From: Vairimorpha necatrix
Taxonomy: Eukaryota
Length of the DNA: 64,000 nt
Direction of reading: 5' to 3'
NCBI GenBank assembly: GCA_036630325.1
Contig: CP142735.1
Span: 1 to 64,000, forward strand
Shown here: positions 25,841 through 39,600 of the stretch, one piece after another
Layout of the letters: the number at the start of each line of letters is the position of its first letter
Numbering within the stretch: position 1 is the stretch's first letter
Translations under genes and position numbers: made by a program
The notes under the pieces: model-generated
What the model was told of the DNA's origin: nothing
Databases searched by the model: none
What the model saw: only the letters and a program-made list of their open reading frames with translations

Positions 25841-27214
25841 TATTTAGACATAACATAATTTTTGTAAATATGACAATTCTTATTCAAGCTTATTTTTTTA
25901 GAAATTCTCATTAAATTATGCAAAAAATTATATATAATTATATAATATAAGTATCTTGATTTTGTAAGATGTTATTTATTTGAAATATGTCAATTTCTTT
26001 AATCTTATTTTCCATGCCCTCTCTTGGAAATTTTTTTTCTAAATACTTGTTGTAGCCAATTAAATCTGCCAATTTGTGAGAATATGATTGATCAGTATTT
26101 AATTAGCTACGATACTATCTACATTAAGTATGAAAATTATATTTTTTATAAAATTTCAATGTTAAATTCATATATACGTACTTATGATATTTTTCTATTA
26201 TTCTTAATAGAAATTGTGTTTATTTACGATACATTTATATAGTTCTCCCTCATATTAAATAAATAAAATATAAAATCTTCATGATATTTAAATTTCGTTT
26301 TATAAATATTAAAGTGTTGTATTTTTATACAGTATTGTTTTCCAATGGGGTATTGGTTGTTTTTTCTCAACAATTTTATTCTTTCTAATGTACCTCGATG
26401 TATTACAATAATAAGAATTCATCTTTAAATTCAAAAAATGTTTGTTACTGATTTATACACAAATTATATTCTGATTTGTTTAATTAAAAATCATTTTATT
26501 CTATGTGTTGATACCGGCAATAATTATGCAATTGAATGTTTTAATTACATAAAAATACTTATATATTATTTGTTATTTAGAAAGTTCTATTATTTAAATA
26601 CAATTATTTTTACTGCACTAATATTTATGTATATTTTTCTTGAATTTAAAGTTTTTATTTTGTACTTTTATATATATATATATGCAGATAGATACCCTTT
26701 AAAAAAAAAAATTAAATCATGTATGTAATAAAGGTTTTAATTAAAATGAAAAAACTTCACAATCTAGTTACATATACTACATAAGTTATTTTTACTAGTT
26801 TTTATGAGATGTCAATTTCTCCTTTTTTCGTGTTCATAATCTCTCTCATGTACAAATATACATCGATACTTTCCATTAGCCAAAAAAATTAGAAATATTG
26901 CTGATACTTAAAGACTTGTATATATATTTAGATGTAATTGTAATTAAAATATAGATTGTTTCTGGGAGTTTTTAAAATATTTAATCATTATAATAAAAAT
27001 TTTTACCAATTAGAATACATTTGTTAATTTTATTTTTATGTTAGAATGTTAAATCGTTAAAACGCCCACGGTTACACTAGAAACTTTTAGAATCATTCTG
27101 TTTTAAAATCTTCATAATAATAACATACTTTGATTTACTTAAGAAAAAATAAATCATATAAACTAATAAGTACGCATATATATACACACACATTCCTTGT
27201 TATCACATAAGACC

Positions 27215-28685
27215 GTACGATTATATGCATTTTCAGCTGTTCTTAATTTTTTCATATTTTGCAAGATTTGTCTTCTTATATATATACAAGAAGAAAATGA
27301 AAAAATAACAAATTCCATAAATGCTTTAAAAACAAAAAAAGATACACAAAAAGTACTTGTAAAACAATAATATGAATTTATATGTAGTCTTAGATGTTCT
27401 TAATTTTTTCATATTTTTCGAGATTTGTCTTCTTATATATATATATACAAGAAGGAGATGGAAAAATGCCAAATTTCATAAATGCTTTAAAAACAAAAAA
27501 AGATATTCAAAAAGTACTTGTATTACAATAATGTGTATTAATATGCATTTTCAGCTGTTCTTAATTTTTTCATATTTTGCAAGATTTGTCTTCTTATATA
27601 TATATATACAGGAAGGAGATGAAAAAATAACAAATCTTTTAAATCGCTCAAAAACAAATAAAGATACTCAAGTGTCACTTATATAACTATAATATGAATT
27701 TATAAGCATTTTCAGAAGTTCTAATTTTTGTATATTTTTCAAGATCTGTCGTCTTATATATATATATACAAGAAAGAGATGTAAAAATAACAAATTTCTT
27801 AAAAGCTTTAAAAACAAATAAAGAAACACAAAAAGTACCTGTATAACTATAATATGAATTTATAAGCATTTTCAGAAGTTCTTAATTTTTTCATATTTTT
27901 CAAGATTTGTCTTCTTATATATATATATACAAGAAAGAGATGTAAAAATAACAAATCTTTTAAATGCTTTAAAAACAAATAAAGAAACACAAAAAGTACC
28001 TGTATAACTATAATATGAATTTATATGTAGTCTGAGATGTACTTAATTTTTTTAATTTTTCAAGATCTGTCTTCTTATATATATATACAAGAAGGAGATG
28101 AAAAATGGCAAATTTCATAAATGCTTTAAAAACAATTAAAGTACCCAGGTGTCACTTATATAACAATAATATGAATTTATAAGCATTTTCAGAAGTTCTT
28201 AATTTTTTCATATTTTTCAAGATTTGTCTTCTTATATACATATATACAAGAAGGAGATGAAAAATGGCAAATTTCATAAATGCTTTAAAAACAATTAAAG
28301 TACCCAGGTGTCACTTATATAACAATAATATGAATTTATAAGCATTTTCAGAAGTTCTTAATTTTTTCATATTTTTCAAGATTTGTCTTCTTATATACAT
28401 ATATACAAGAAGGAGATGAAAAATGGCAAATTTCATAAATGCTTTAAAAACAATTAAAGTACCCAGGTGTCACTTATATAACAATAATATGAATTTATAA
28501 GCATTTTCAGAAGTTCTTAATTTTTTCATATTTTTCAAGATTTGTCTTCTTATATACATATATACAAGAAGGAGAAGAAAAAATAACAAATCTTTTAAAT
28601 GCTTTAAAATCAAATAAAGATACTCAAGTGTTGCTTATATAACAATAATATAGATTTATATGTAGTCTAAGATGTTCTAAATTTT
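27215..28685. repeat. Tandem satellite, ~159-bp unit, about 9 copies
   Basis: atgaattt starts near 27372, 27694, 27854, 28015, 28171, 28330 and 28489. Units starting at 28171, 28330 and 28489 are nearly identical. Confidence 0.95.
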
Positions 28686-29310
28686 ACTACATTGCTATTT
28701 CCTTCTTATATGTTTATAAAGTTATAGTGATTTATCTATAAAAATTATTTGAAATTATTTTTCTCTTAAAAATATCATCTAGAAAACCAATACTTCTTAA
28801 CTTTACATACATATACTATACATGTTAATTTTTTTTGTTTAGAAGTTTAAGTTAATTTTCTTCTTCTTTCAAGTTCATTATCCTTCTTATATATACATAT
28901 ATATATTTCAATTGATTTTTTAAAAAGAGTATAAGTTCTGTTTTTCTTAGTACCTCAATGATTTGAATATATTAACCAATATTTCGATACAGTATGTTCT
29001 CTTTGTTGTTAAAATACGTTATGTAAAAGCTTTTTTAATAATTTAGCTTCATAGTGTATATAGTATATTATTGTTTTATAATTACAATTCTAAAGGTTAA
29101 ATTCCTATATTTACACTATTAAAAATTATGGTTATTTTACACAACTTCTTCATACATCGTTCATTCAAAAACTTAAAGGGCTAACAAACCATAATTAATG
29201 ATCTAAATATACAAAAATATAAAAAATCGAAAATACTTTGTTTCCCTTTGTTTTGCGGACTTAAATTGTTTCTTAAGTTAAGAATTGGTCTTTTTCTAGA
29301 TAAAAAATAT

Positions 29311-29332
29311 CTAACATACCTACCTAACCTAC
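29311..29332 (-). repeat. Short interstitial telomere-like tract
   Basis: ctaacatacctacctaaccta, same orientation as the terminal array. Confidence 0.55.
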
Positions 29333-32099
29333 AAGAAAAACGATTCTCAATAAAGTTTTTTTTAGTTAACTCTAAAATTGACTTAATATACAATATTAAA
29401 TTCCATGCCTTTTGTTATTTATTATATTATCATATCACTTAGTTATAAAGTATACTCATAATTGTTTGCTAAGTTAAATTCTTGTTTCGATTAAACTAAT
29501 ATAAATATTATTCAAACATACGTTGTATTAAATTAATTATGATATTATGAAAACAATGCAATATAATCTATGATCAAAGGTTCTGTCGACTAGTTTACAA
29601 CTATTTATTTAGGAAACGTAATTTAAAATCTAAATAATGTAATATTTGAGAATATATGCAATAGACCCAAGCTAAATTTTAAACTGTGTCATCTATACAT
29701 ACCAGTGTTATACAAGAATTTTAAAATGTTCTACAATACTATCCTTCGATAATAAAACTTTTAAAAGAATTAGTTTGGTGTTCGATATGCAAAGAAATTA
29801 CTCTTTATGGGATAAATTTAAAAATTTGTTCAAACTCCCAGTAAACGATTGCAAAGACAAGCATATATAACATTTGTAAAGTATTTTATTATTAATATAT
29901 AAATATAAGCTATATCTGAATCAAAAAATTTTATTTTGTAATTTAGATTTATGAGAAGGATAATTTATTATTACATTTTTTATAAATTTATTGTTAATTA
30001 TTTCCTAGAACACATTGTTTTTTTAAATATATTTTTTTAATTCCCATAACTTGTATCTATATAGTTATTTGTCTTTTAAATGATTGCATTAGAAAACTTA
30101 AGGAAGTCTAATATAATAAAGTTAAATAATGAGATCTTCTACTTTTTGATTCTTTGTATATACACAGTAACATGAACTAGAAGGTAAGGTGTATTTAAAT
30201 TTATAGTTGTAGTACATCTTTTGCTATTAAAAATTTATATGGATAACAAAAATAAATTATAAAATGTAGCATATGATATTAATTTTGCTTTTTATTTTAA
30301 GTTTTGTTAATCTTATAAATTATTAAATAAGAATCTTAAATCTAAAATGTTTATCTATAGCAGTAATTTACCTATATCATCAAAAAACTAATTCTCCAAA
30401 TTCTAACTACGTAGGTATTTGTATTTGTTTTTAACTCATATTAATGAAAAAAAAATAAAATATCAATTGTATGCTTATCACATACTAAAGTTATATTTAA
30501 AGCACTACTTTGTGGTCTATATTATTCTATCAATACATGAGCATATTATATTTATCTATCCCTAATATATTTATTGAATTTATATTTCTTTATGTAAGGT
30601 TTATGTTCATTACACAATGTTCATTGATGATTTAATCCATTACACTATTTCGTTAAACAATTATATTCAAAAATCTTATGTCTTATTAAAGTATTAAAAC
30701 TTTTATTTTATAAATTTGAACTAATTCTTATTGTAAAAAAATCATAATAACAAGTTTTAGCAAACATTATTTAATTTAGTTTTTTATTATTAAGATGTAA
30801 TATTTTAGATATATCATTTTATGGACCTATATCTGAGAACCGTAAAGCCGTGAATACGTATCTATAATTGATAGGATTTTGGAAAGCCTGAGGTGTGTCA
30901 ATCATGATAGTACGTAAAAATGATTCGGTTTTATAAAAGGAATATAAATGTTGAATTTTGAATTTTTATATAACCGTAATAATAGTTTGTTGAATATGAA
31001 ATCATTAACCTATAAAATCAATATATACATATATCTAATAATACCTATTAAATCTTTTAGTTGACATTTCTAATATTTTTCGTGATAGCTTAAACAAATC
31101 AATAAATTTCTTTTTGTAAGTAACTAGTTTTTTTTTTGTTTTGTGTTGTAATAAAATTTTTGATAAAAGTTTTGTTTTTGAATATTATATATTCTTCAGC
31201 TTTATATATAATTTATACCATTATATTGAATTTTAAAAATTTTTCTATTTTGAATCAAATAAATTTAATAAATATAAATAAGATCTTTGTGATCATATTT
31301 TAGTAACGAATTCATTTTTTAAAAATATTAAATTCACAAACAAGGCGATAATTAATAGATACTTTGCTTCTAATTGCGAAATAGTTTAGTCTTAATGTGA
31401 TATTGATAAAATAATAGTAGAATCAAAAAATAACATAATTTAGGGCTTAAGATTTATATTTTTAGGATTCTATTTAATATTCACGTTTAATTTGATGATA
31501 AGATGGATTTAATGCAGATCTAAATATATTAATATTTGGGATTGTTATTTTAATACAAAAAATGTATTCTATCTAATTTATGTATAACCGAAATACTAAA
31601 TATATATAGACTTGTCAATAATATCAAAAGATTAATTGTGCTACTAGAATAAGTAATTTTGAATTTTATCGATTTCAGTTTGTATTATCATTATTGTATC
31701 TTGGTTGTTTATTTCTAATAAACTCTGAATTAATAAGATATTCTGTAAATTTTACATAAAAATATTATTTGGTTCAAAGAATTTATTTGATAGATGTGCT
31801 AGAACAGCTTTGTTTGTCAAATCGATTATAATTTTTTTGTAGATATAAAATATATCTTCATTATGAATTGTATTAATTTATAGTTTCAACGTTATATACA
31901 TAACAAAATCTGGAATTCTAAAATTCATCTTTATTAATAATACTTCATCATAAGTATAATTTTTTACGTTAATTAAATTTATTCCGTGTCTTGTTTTATA
32001 TATTTACCGTTTATTATAATATTAAATTATATTTAGTAATTCGTCTGATTCATAATTTCATTGAAATAATCTAATTATTTTGATAAATATTCATCATAT

Positions 32100-32392
32100 T
32101 TAAAATAAATGAATTTAATTAGGGTATGCTTAATGTAGTTTATATTTATAGTTTAACAGGGGTAGGTTCCGCGTTAGCGTCTCCTGTATAAAGGTAGCTT
32201 TGTGGATCCAAAGTCCTTTCCACAACGGCTTCGTCACCTCTCATTTGGTAGTCCAGAGAATGCTTTCTAGCGTCTTCTTTAGCGTTATCATCTGGATGTA
32301 CGCTTCTATCTTCTTAGGGATTCCAAGTCTTGTGGTATATGATTTGTGGAACTTAGTCCCGATACCGTCCCAAGTGATTAAGTAGGGAATTT
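32100..32392 (-). mobile_element. 3' fragment of RLE-type non-LTR retrotransposon (family B, longest copy)
   Basis: Minus strand translates PYLITWDGIGTKFHKSYTTRLGIPKKIEAYIQMITLKKTLESI, homologous to the 55798 ORF. Confidence 0.82.
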
Positions 32393-33511
32393 TCTGTTAT
32401 AAAACCATATAGTAAATCTTATTTTATATTTTTCATTTTAGTTTATTTATGATTATAAGCTTGATCATTTATAAAATATTGAATTGTGACTAATGATATT
32501 AAATTAAACATATTAGAAGGTTTTTTTTTGTTCTTAATGATTTAATTCTTTAGTATATTTATTGATATACTATTATTAAATTATTAAAATTTGTATATTC
32601 TACTATTTTCGTATGACTGAAATTTTTTAATAAAAAAATATTAATTTTTATATTTAAATAACTTTTAAATAAAAACTAAACAAATTTTCTAAGAAGAAAA
32701 CTTTAATCTAAAAAAATTGCTTTTAATTCTAGATAATTTTCTAATAATTATTAATTGTAAACATTTTGAAATAAACATCATTTTTTGACTTTGAGAAATT
32801 ATGCCTATATTATGAAGTTCTAAATGCTAAATTTGTAAACAATTTGCGATAAGTTTTTTTTAATATTTATTTTGATATATTACAGATTTTTTATAAAATT
32901 AAAAGATCTTTTAGATCAGTGAATATGACTCTATGGAACGAAAAACAAAACAAATATTGTTCTTGTCATGTATTGGATAAAAAATTACTAATTTATTTTT
33001 CTTTTTTAAATGTTTTCAAATAACATTTTATGTTCGAATAAAAGTGCGTAATTATAAAATTAAAAATTGATATGGCGAAAAACTTGTCATAGTATATTTT
33101 ACTGTATGATTTAACTTACTATTTGTTTTTTCTATTCTTTATTAGGCTTCTCTGGATAAATTTTTGATTAATGTTGAAGAGTCGATATATAGTCTATTTA
33201 TAGAATATAGAAATTGTATATAATGCTTTCGGTACAACATATTCTAATTTTGTGGCTAGAATTCAAAAATAAATTAGAGTTTAGTTTTTCTCTTCATCAA
33301 ACTTTACATTTTTTAATATAACAGATACTCCTACCTAACATACCTACATAACCCGTAAGCTTTTAGCCCTCAAAACTTCCTTAATCTTTTGTTTAAAAAA
33401 AATTCAATTTAATCAATATGTAACTAAACTTAATAAAAATTGATAATTTGTTGATAAATTTTAACTAAATATCTATTTATTCAAGTATTTTTTTTCAGAT
33501 TATTGATTATA

Positions 33512-36500
33512 TGTTATACATTTATTTAATAGGAAAGTTCAACCCTAACATCCCCCTCCAGGCGGGTAGTCTCACGTTACAAGCTTCTAATTTTCCGTTT
33601 TTATAATCTTTTAGGTCATAATGTCGTTTCTTAATGTATCTTCCGCTATCAGTCCTTACAATATAAGAATCATTCTCGCACTTTCCCAATATTTTACCAA
33701 CATTTGTAAATCTTCCTTTCATACTTTTCATCTATTTACCCAAGTTTTTTATCTTGCGATTCTCACAGCCTGATCTACTTTAAATTTTTCTCTATGCCTT
33801 TGTTTAAAATTTCTTGCATACACACCCTTTTTATCGTTTTCAGTAAAGACTTCTTTTCCTTGGTCCTTCCATGCTTCCATTTGTTTACATTTAATCGCTG
33901 TGTGTAGAGTGTTATTATAGGTTCTTACAGCTTGTTCTAGTTTTTCCTCTGGGTTTCCTTCTTTTTCTTTGATCATTGATTCCATTATTGTTCTAATACA
34001 TCGTTCTATTCTTCAATTAACCCTATGAGCTTCTAAACATACTTTCCATTGCATAATTCCGTATTCTTTACACCAAGTTACAAACCTCTCACTGACAAAT
34101 TCCTTACCGTTATCTGTAATATATTCATCTGGGCATCCATCTTCCTTTATCCATTTTTCTAAAATTTTCGTAATAACATCACTTCCCTTATTTTTTATCT
34201 TTGCGCCCCATACTCTTCTCGTAAAGGTTCAGTCCCTTATAGCACGTCTCTTTCTTTTTCCCCAATATCCATTACGTCTAAACTACTTTTTCTAATTTGT
34301 TAAATGTTGTTATAAAATTGCAACCATAGGTCGTGTTTCTGTTATTAATGCTACATACTTCACAATTTTTTAGGTTGTGGTTATCTGGTCCTTCATACCT
34401 ATCCAGTACCATCTTTGTTTAATCTTATAATGTGTTCCCTTAACTTCTCGATGATTTTATTCCTCATGAACTCTACGAATTTCTGTTCTCACTTATTTCT
34501 TTGTGTTGTATTTATTAATTTCTCCTGTTGAGAACTTCCAATAGTTTTTGCCTTCTCATTTAACCATCGCTTTTTTTCTTTCGCTTTCATCTGTTTTTGG
34601 GTCTGTTTCTCTCTTTCATCATTTCAATTACTTCGTTATTTTCAAATTGTCTACTAAGAGCATCCACATACGTCATCAATTCTTCTTTTACATATTCAAT
34701 AGGTAAATCGAACTCTTGTTCGTTTTTATCCATCTCTTAATTATGTAATTATTGAAAAACGGTTTGTTTCTAATCTCGGCCAGTCCTTTATGATTTGTCA
34801 TTTATTGAAATTTGCTTCCCCCAAATCTGACTCGAATTTCTTTTTTCTAAATAACGCTGCCAACATCTCTTTTTCACTGATCGTATACTTTTTATCTGTT
34901 GGTGTTATCATTTTTGATGCCTATTGTATCGGAATCCACCTATCTTCCTTGTCTTCTTGCAGAAGTATAGCTCCAATTTCCGTATCGCATGCATCCGTTC
35001 TTACTCTATACATTTTTTTACTATCTACTATTTTTAATATTTTTATAATCGTCAATCCATTTTGATATCCATAAAAGCTCTTACCATATCTTCGAATCAT
35101 TCCCAATTACTATCTTTTTTTAGTGCTTCTGTAAGACGTGCTGTCCGATAAGCATCTTTGGGAATAAAATCTCAAAACCAGCCTGCCACCCCAAAAATCT
35201 CTTAAGCTCTTTCATGTTGTTAGGCCTTCTGTATTCTAATGTCTCTTGCTTTTTAATTTCGTTTGGTGTAATGTCTCTTCCGTTAATTGTTACTTCAAGT
35301 AGTTATACTTCTTCTTTATATTGTATCTTTTTTAAGTTTCTTTTAATCCACATTCGTTAAATTTTCGAATTACTTGTTCTAATAAATTATCGTGTATATT
35401 ACTAAAACTTACATGAATGATAATATCATCCACGTATACCTCATAACTTATCTAAAACTCCAGCAACATTTTTTACATAATACAGGGAGATTTTTAAATC
35501 CCATTACCATGCTATTCCATTCGTAAACTCTAACATTTATTTCAAAAGCTGTCTTATGTTTTTGAGCTTTCTTAATTTCTATATGATAGAATCCTTTCTT
35601 TAGGTCTATAACCATAAATACTTTAGAACCTTCCGTTGCGTTAATAATGTTTCTAATTATGTCAATTCAAACAAATCTTTTTAAACCAGTTCGTTTAAAG
35701 CCATCAAATTGCTTCTCAATTGTACTTCACCATTTGGTTTTTCTATAGTCTTTATTGGGCTTCTCAATTCGCTCTTTGTCCTTCTGATAATACATATACT
35801 TTCTAATAAATTAATATACTTTTCTAACTTTTCTCGAATTATAAGAAATATTTTGTTCCTTTTTAACTACTTTCACTCCTTGTTTTGTTTTGATAGAACA
35901 TTTTCCTCCTGTTAAGTATTTTATTTTCTCTTCGTCTTTTCCTTATACCTAAAGAAATTTTCCTTCCAATTCTTCATATTTATTAATATTTTTTCTTCTT
36001 TTATCTTGGTTTGTATTTTTTACATAAAAACTGTTTCTGGAGTTCTCTCTTTCTACCTCCACTGGTAGTCTCAATTTAAAATCATTTCCTTTTAATATAT
36101 TCATTTTACTATTATCATGAAAGCCAAAATATTTACACTTTTATTTTCATTATTCTCTTCCTGTCTTCCTTTACGCTCCATACAACCTCTAGGTATATGT
36201 AAAATCCTTCCACATATTAAACAATGTTTTTCTTCTCGTCTTTGATATTGAAGGTTTTTTTCTGGCACTGCTACAGTCCTAGTCTGTTATCCTTTAATCT
36301 TCTTTTTAATTTTTCTTTCATAACCTCTACCATATCTTCTGGTTCTCTACTCCTTATTTTTTCATTGTTCTTATTCTCTTCCTCTTCAACAACTAATTTA
36401 TCAATTTCATCAATAATATCATTCCAATTAATCATACTAATTTAATTTTTATCAATAATAAAATCCTGAAGTTCAGAACTTACTTGTTTTATCGACTGCT

Positions 36501-36665
36501 TCGTTGTCAAATTTTTTACATCTTTCTGCATTCTGATGATTGCTTCTACTCTCTAGCTTCTTTTAGTAATTTTCTCTTCTCTTAAACACAGGTCTCACTT
36601 GTTACCCTTTCGTCTTTTGTGTTTGCCATGTTATACATTATTTAATAGGAGGTTCAACTTTAACA
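33512..36665 (-). mobile_element. Paralog of the short-LTR Ty3/Gypsy-like element (LTRs 33512-33550 and 36629-36665, TSD TTATA)
   Basis: Same LTR/PPT/PBS/TSD layout. RT YVDDII near 35430, RNase H TDACDTEIGAILLQ, integrase C-part AVRTYNNTLH, and zinc knuckle CLICGRILHIPRGC near 36190-36230. Confidence 0.88.
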
Positions 36666-39600
36666 TTATAATTAAAACTTAAAGTATTTTTGGTGTAATT
36701 CTGTCGTTAAATTTATGTAATAATATTTTGTAAAAGTATGAAATTACTTCTTTAATTTGTAATATATATTATTGTAAAAAAGGTCATTCTTGTGTTTTAA
36801 CATATTTTTTACTGGAAATATTCGCATTATACTAAAAAAAAAAATATTTTAGGGATATTATACAAATAAATTAAATCTCGAAAGCTGTACTAACGCTATA
36901 TACAGACACAGGAGCTTATACTCTTTATGAAAGCTCATGATAACCACTTTGAATGATAAAATTGCAATATTATTCAAAGAAAATACAGGTACGTAATTAT
37001 TTGAAAACAATAAGGACTAGATGCTAGTGTTTGTTTGTAAATACAATAGAAATAACTAATTACATTTGAATATCTCACTATAAAATTATGTGATATAATA
37101 TAGATCAATAAAAGTTATTAAGATTTATCTAAATTAATATGATTTAATTTATTTTTATTAAATAAAAAATTTTAGAAAAAAATTGTTTTTTAATTTTTTA
37201 TAAATATTTATATCTACTTGGCTGTTGCATAGAGATGCGGCTTCTTCTAATGTACAATTCTATTTATCTATGTATTTGCCCAACTGTTCAGGAAGTCTTT
37301 TATAATTACAAATGTTATTGTGTCTATTTTTTATGTTCTCTTTGAAATTTAATTTTCTATATGGAAAAATATAATATTTTAAAAATAAGAGGGTGTGAAA
37401 ATATTGGATAATTGAAAAATACTTCCTATATAAAATATATTTGATTATATGATCATAATACCATAGACATGTTTTTTATACTTTTATATTTTCTTTTATA
37501 ACCGTTAGATTTGCTTCTTGCTTGATCTTCATATAATTTCAATTATGAAACAACCAGTTCGATCTAAGTGATAACCAGTTAATATTGATAAAAATTGCGA
37601 TTCAGATATGTGGTATATTCAAAATTATTGCGTAAAAAATTTCGGATAGTTTTAAAGTAACCTATCATTCTCTATGAAAATGGTTTTCTTAATGTGTTAT
37701 GTTGAAATGTTATTTTTTATGATAACACCAATTTATGAATTACTAAAAAATTTTAATTTTCAATTAAATCATTAGATTGATTTCATTCTACGAAAATCAA
37801 AATGTTTATTCCAATTAAAATTTAATTTATCAATTTATTATTATATTTTTTTATCAATTAATATTTAAATAAAATATTATTTAATAATCTTTAGAAATCG
37901 TCAACAGCTTCTATGTTTAATATGTAATTGGGTTTATGGATAAAAATATTTTCTGTCTTTATTAAAGATAAGATTTGGTTTTTTAATTTATAAGCTCTTA
38001 CATTATATTATCCTTAAATTTATATAAATATCTATTAATTTTCTGCATTGGGTTTTGATTATACTTTTTATTAACAATTATTAGTTCTTATTGATTTATA
38101 TTTTAAATTCTTCAGTTAGTGAAATTTTTTTTCGAAAAAATTACTAATTCTGTATTTATTTTGATTTTATTTTTATCATAATTTTTGTATAAATAATAAA
38201 TACGTGGAATATATGATATTTACTAGAAAAATCCATAAGAATAAATACGAAATTCATTTCCAGCCTATTTTTGTGTATAAATTTACAATTTGTATGAATA
38301 TTGATTATCTTATCTTTTAATTTGTATTTAAAATGTTTTCTGACCATTATTATATGTATTCCAGAGATATTTATCATTATTTCCATTAAAATAATTTTTT
38401 GTATTTTATTTTATAATTTTTTTACCGATTATAACCAAAAATTTCAAAATACTGTTGTAATAAATGATAACAGAATGAAATGTCGTTCGTTGTGTTTCTC
38501 TATAGATGTTTATATCTTATTTTCGTAGTATGTCTTTATGTTTCCTGGAGACTTTAAATTTTTTTTTATGAATTTTCTTGATATTATTTGGTTTATATAT
38601 GCTACATTTTTATAATAATTTTAAAAACTTAAGTTAAGCATAAAAATGAGTTTTTAGATATGAAGAACTTTCCAATGCTTTCTTGCGATAAATAGTATTA
38701 AATGTTTTACTATAAGAATTATTTAAATCATTAATAAAACTTTTTGAAATATTTATTGTAATTTAAAAATTTTAAGTTTTAATTTTCTAAAACCCTCCGT
38801 GATATGGTTTCTTTTAAAATACAATTATATTAAAATTTTTAATTGATTATTTTTAATATTTTTATAAATTATTCGTAATTTAATCATATGTCTTCGTGTA
38901 GGTTGAATATATCATCATGTTTTATAATGTAGGTGTAATATATTGCATTTTAAATTTTCGATTGATATATTATTTTTAAAAAAAGATTAAGTCGTTATAT
39001 GTTCTAAAATATTTACTTATAGTAATCAGTCATATGTGTATTATTAAGAGCGAAATTTGAAAATATAAAATTCAATTTAATGAAGAAAAAATATTATTTT
39101 CGTTTTAGTGGTTGAGACTTCTAGATTAGGTAGTCGTGAAAATTTAATTGTATGAAAATTTCTTCTTTTTACTTATCTAAAATTATTTGAACGTTTAGTT
39201 TGAATGTTTTTATTAACTTTTTTAGATGAAAATATATATTTTCAAAACGAGTTTTAGTCGAATATGTTTTTTAAAAAAAAGTTATCCTACTACTTTAAAT
39301 ATATTTCCTTTTTAAAATTATTTTTGTTATATTAACCTCAATTATCTTAACTGAAATTGCATTTCGAAATATATTAGTTTTTTCAAAGATTTTTATTGGC
39401 ATTATTTTATTTTACTTGTATATAAATCTTTGTGTATTAAAAATTTATATTGAAGTATAACTTTTCTTGACCTTTTCATACTTAGAATTAATCTAACGCA
39501 TTTTATTGAATTATTGACAATATATAATATCAAAATTAAATTTTAATTTCTTTATGAAAATTCTGACTATAACGGTTATATTCAAATTTTTGATCTAAAA

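Noticed and set aside
27215-28685. CRISPR array or coding repeat (ORFs 27372-27686, 27687-27869)
   Set aside because: Units are contiguous with no unique spacers and no cas genes. The ORFs are low-complexity by-products of the satellite.
3664-33330. Subtelomeric rDNA unit as in Encephalitozoon
   Set aside because: No GC-rich rRNA-like sequence or conserved SSU/LSU motifs seen
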